The notes beneath the pieces are model-generated. The model was not told the origin of the DNA. It did not search any database and saw only the letters and a program-made list of their open reading frames with translations. From an uncultured Pseudomonadales bacterium (GTDB lineage Bacteria; Patescibacteriota; Microgenomatia; UBA1400; PJMF01), in NCBI GenBank assembly GCA_964457085.1, contig CAYWDM010000002.1, positions 3,816 to 67,815 of the forward strand: a stretch of DNA of 64,000 bases. The letters are read 5' to 3'. Each line of letters begins with the position of its first letter. The first letter of the stretch is position 1. The translations under genes were made by a program, and so were the position numbers. Shown here piece by piece: positions 62,331-64,000 of this stretch.

Positions 62331-64000
62331 ATGAAAATAAAAATCAATCCAGCTGTTGAAAATGCTTCAACAAAAAAAATACCTAAAATCAAAATGAAGT
62401 TGATTGAACGCAAATTATCTAAAGGCTTAGGAGAAGCTGTTGCTAGACGTACTATTTTGCGCACCGATGCTAACGGTGTGGTTGAAACTTGGAGCGACGT
62501 GGCAAATAGAGTGGCTCGCGGCAACACTTTGTTAATACCCAGCAACGAGTCGAAACATCGCAAGGAAGAGTTTGAAGTACTGCGTAAACATATTGCTAAC
62601 GCCTCGATTTTACTTAGTGGTCGACATCTACAACATGGTGATGAAACTCAGCCCAACCGCAACATGGAGGTTTTTACCAACTGTAGTACTGCCTCTAGTT
62701 CATTTTTACTGTTTTATTTACTGCTTAATGGTTCTGGCGTAGGTCGATCATATGATGACGACTTGATGGTAATTAACTGGGATTACATGCCCATCATTCG
62801 TTGTGTGCTTGATGATAAACATAATGACTTTCAATGGGGAATCGATGAAAGTGTTCGTGAGGCACGACACAAGTATAAGAAAGCACATTGGTTCGAGGTG
62901 CCAGACACCCGTGAGGGTTGGGCACAAGCAGTAGAAAAAATCGAGATCATGGCTTTTGAAAAGAAATATAAGGAAGAGTTGTTGATCTTAGATTTCTCAA
63001 AAGTGCGGTGCAAGGGCTCAAAAATTGCAGGTATGCAAGATCGCCCAGCATCAGGTCCTCGACCATTAATGAATGCAATTGAAAAAGTTGCCACTGTTAA
63101 AGCAGCTGGTTTGCCACAATGGAAACAGGCCATATTTGTAGACCATTATCTTTCTGAATGTGTATTAGTGGGAGGAGCTCGCCGTGCAGCTCGAATAGCG
63201 GTAAAGACCTGGACTGATTCAGGTATTTTTGATTTTATTTCAATTAAAAAAGGTGGTTTTTTGTGGTCAGCCAACAATAGCGTGGCAGTTGATGATAAAT
63301 TTTGGAAACAAAACATCAAGCATTCACAAAAAGTTTTGGAAGCTGTGCTCGATGCTTCATATCACGATGGTACAGGTGAGCCAGGTTTTATTAATCAGCA
63401 TCGCTTGGTACAGAATGATGAGGGATTTGATGGATACCTTGATGGTAAGTACGCCACTAGTAAAAAATACCAGCCAATGAAGAAAACCATTGGAATGATG
63501 GCAGAGGTTGCGAAAAGGGCTAGCTCAAAATACTACACACAGATTCCTAATCCTTGCGGTGAGATTACCCTTAATATGCTGGGTGGATATTGTGTCATTG
63601 CTGACGTAGTTCCTTACTTTGCTCCTGATGTTGATTCTGCAGAGGAAGCGTTCCGAACCGCAACACGTGCACTTATTAGAGTTAACACCATGGATTGCTT
63701 ATATACTCGTGAAGTTAAACGAACTAATCGTATTGGTGTGGGTATGACTGGGTTGCATGAATATGCCTGGAATGCTTTTGGATACGCTTTCCGCGATTTA
63801 ATAGATGAGGAAAAATCTAGGGATTTTTGGTTGACTCTATCTCGATTTAAACGTGCAGTTGTGGATGAGGCTAACACGTATGCCAAGAAACTTGGTGTGA
63901 ATGTACCTCATACAAATACCACTATTAAGCCTGCCGGCACTACCTCCAAGCTTTTTAGCCTTTCAGAAGGTGCCCACCTGCCAGCAATGCGTGAGTATAT
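62331..64000 (+). CDS. nrdJ: Ribonucleotide reductase, class II (adenosylcobalamin-dependent, NrdJ-like), 3'-truncated at window end
   Basis: ATG at 62331 with an AAAGGA Shine-Dalgarno. Contains the active-site motif IPNPCGEITLNMLGGYCV. The frame remains open to the end of the window. The class II assignment rests on NPCGE versus the class I SNLCxEI. Confidence 0.7.
   Translation, partial: MKIKINPAVENASTKKIPKIKMKLIERKLSKGLGEAVARRTILRTDANGVVETWSDVANRVARGNTLLIPSNESKHRKEEFEVLRKHIANASILLSGRHLQHGDETQPNRNMEVFTNCSTASSSFLLFYLLLNGSGVGRSYDDDLMVINWDYMPIIRCVLDDKHNDFQWGIDESVREARHKYKKAHWFEVPDTREGWAQAVEKIEIMAFEKKYKEELLILDFSKVRCKGSKIAGMQDRPASGPRPLMNAIEKVATVKAAGLPQWKQAIFVDHYLSECVLVGGARRAARIAVKTWTDSGIFDFISIKKGGFLWSANNSVAVDDKFWKQNIKHSQKVLEAVLDASYHDGTGEPGFINQHRLVQNDEGFDGYLDGKYATSKKYQPMKKTIGMMAEVAKRASSKYYTQIPNPCGEITLNMLGGYCVIADVVPYFAPDVDSAEEAFRTATRALIRVNTMDCLYTREVKRTNRIGVGMTGLHEYAWNAFGYAFRDLIDEEKSRDFWLTLSRFKRAVVDEANTYAKKLGVNVPHTNTTIKPAGTTSKLFSLSEGAHLPAMREY

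Overview
This is a low-GC bacterial chromosome segment with roughly 37-40% GC by eye. Gene content suggests a small-genome, Patescibacteria/CPR-like organism: a short ~400-aa S1 protein, a 23S-5S operon with no linked 16S, many glycosyltransferases, and PilN/PilO. That lineage assignment is inference only. The standard genetic code appears to be in use.

About 60% of the window is a large glycan-assembly locus split into two blocks. Block A (1-25,989) contains seven glycosyltransferases of families 1 and 2, a WecB/TagA glycosyltransferase, a DegT-type sugar aminotransferase and a Gfo/Idh/MocA oxidoreductase. It also has an SDR epimerase/dehydratase, a PIG-L deacetylase, a Trm112-fused SAM methyltransferase, a Wzx-like flippase and a small PglC-like phosphoglycosyltransferase. 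Three paralogous O-antigen-ligase (Wzy_C) family membrane proteins sit in it, two of them carrying ~450-aa C-terminal extensions. A membrane-anchored beta-propeller::GH5 glycosidase is encoded there as well. Block B (30,807-37,356) contains a GT2, an epimerase, a GT1-like paralog, a HAD phosphatase fused to an unknown domain, and an ABC-2 exporter.

Between the blocks lie pgk, rpsA and GC-richer hypothetical genes. Downstream comes a tRNA-Ala(UGC)-23S-5S rRNA operon with no 16S, followed by two tandem Cys-rich secreted paralogs that share their N-terminus. Next is an operon in which two paralogous HExxH proteins bracket rpsT-lepA. The remainder holds a pyrimidine-dimer glycosylase, murJ, pilN-pilO with surface-protein genes, a GH18 hydrolase overlapping a class A PBP, a CPBP-like protease, and nrdR with tandem NrdR boxes upstream of a class II RNR (nrdJ, 3' truncated). 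I found no CRISPR array, transposase or integrase.

All calls rest on reading motifs in the supplied translations; no database searches were run.
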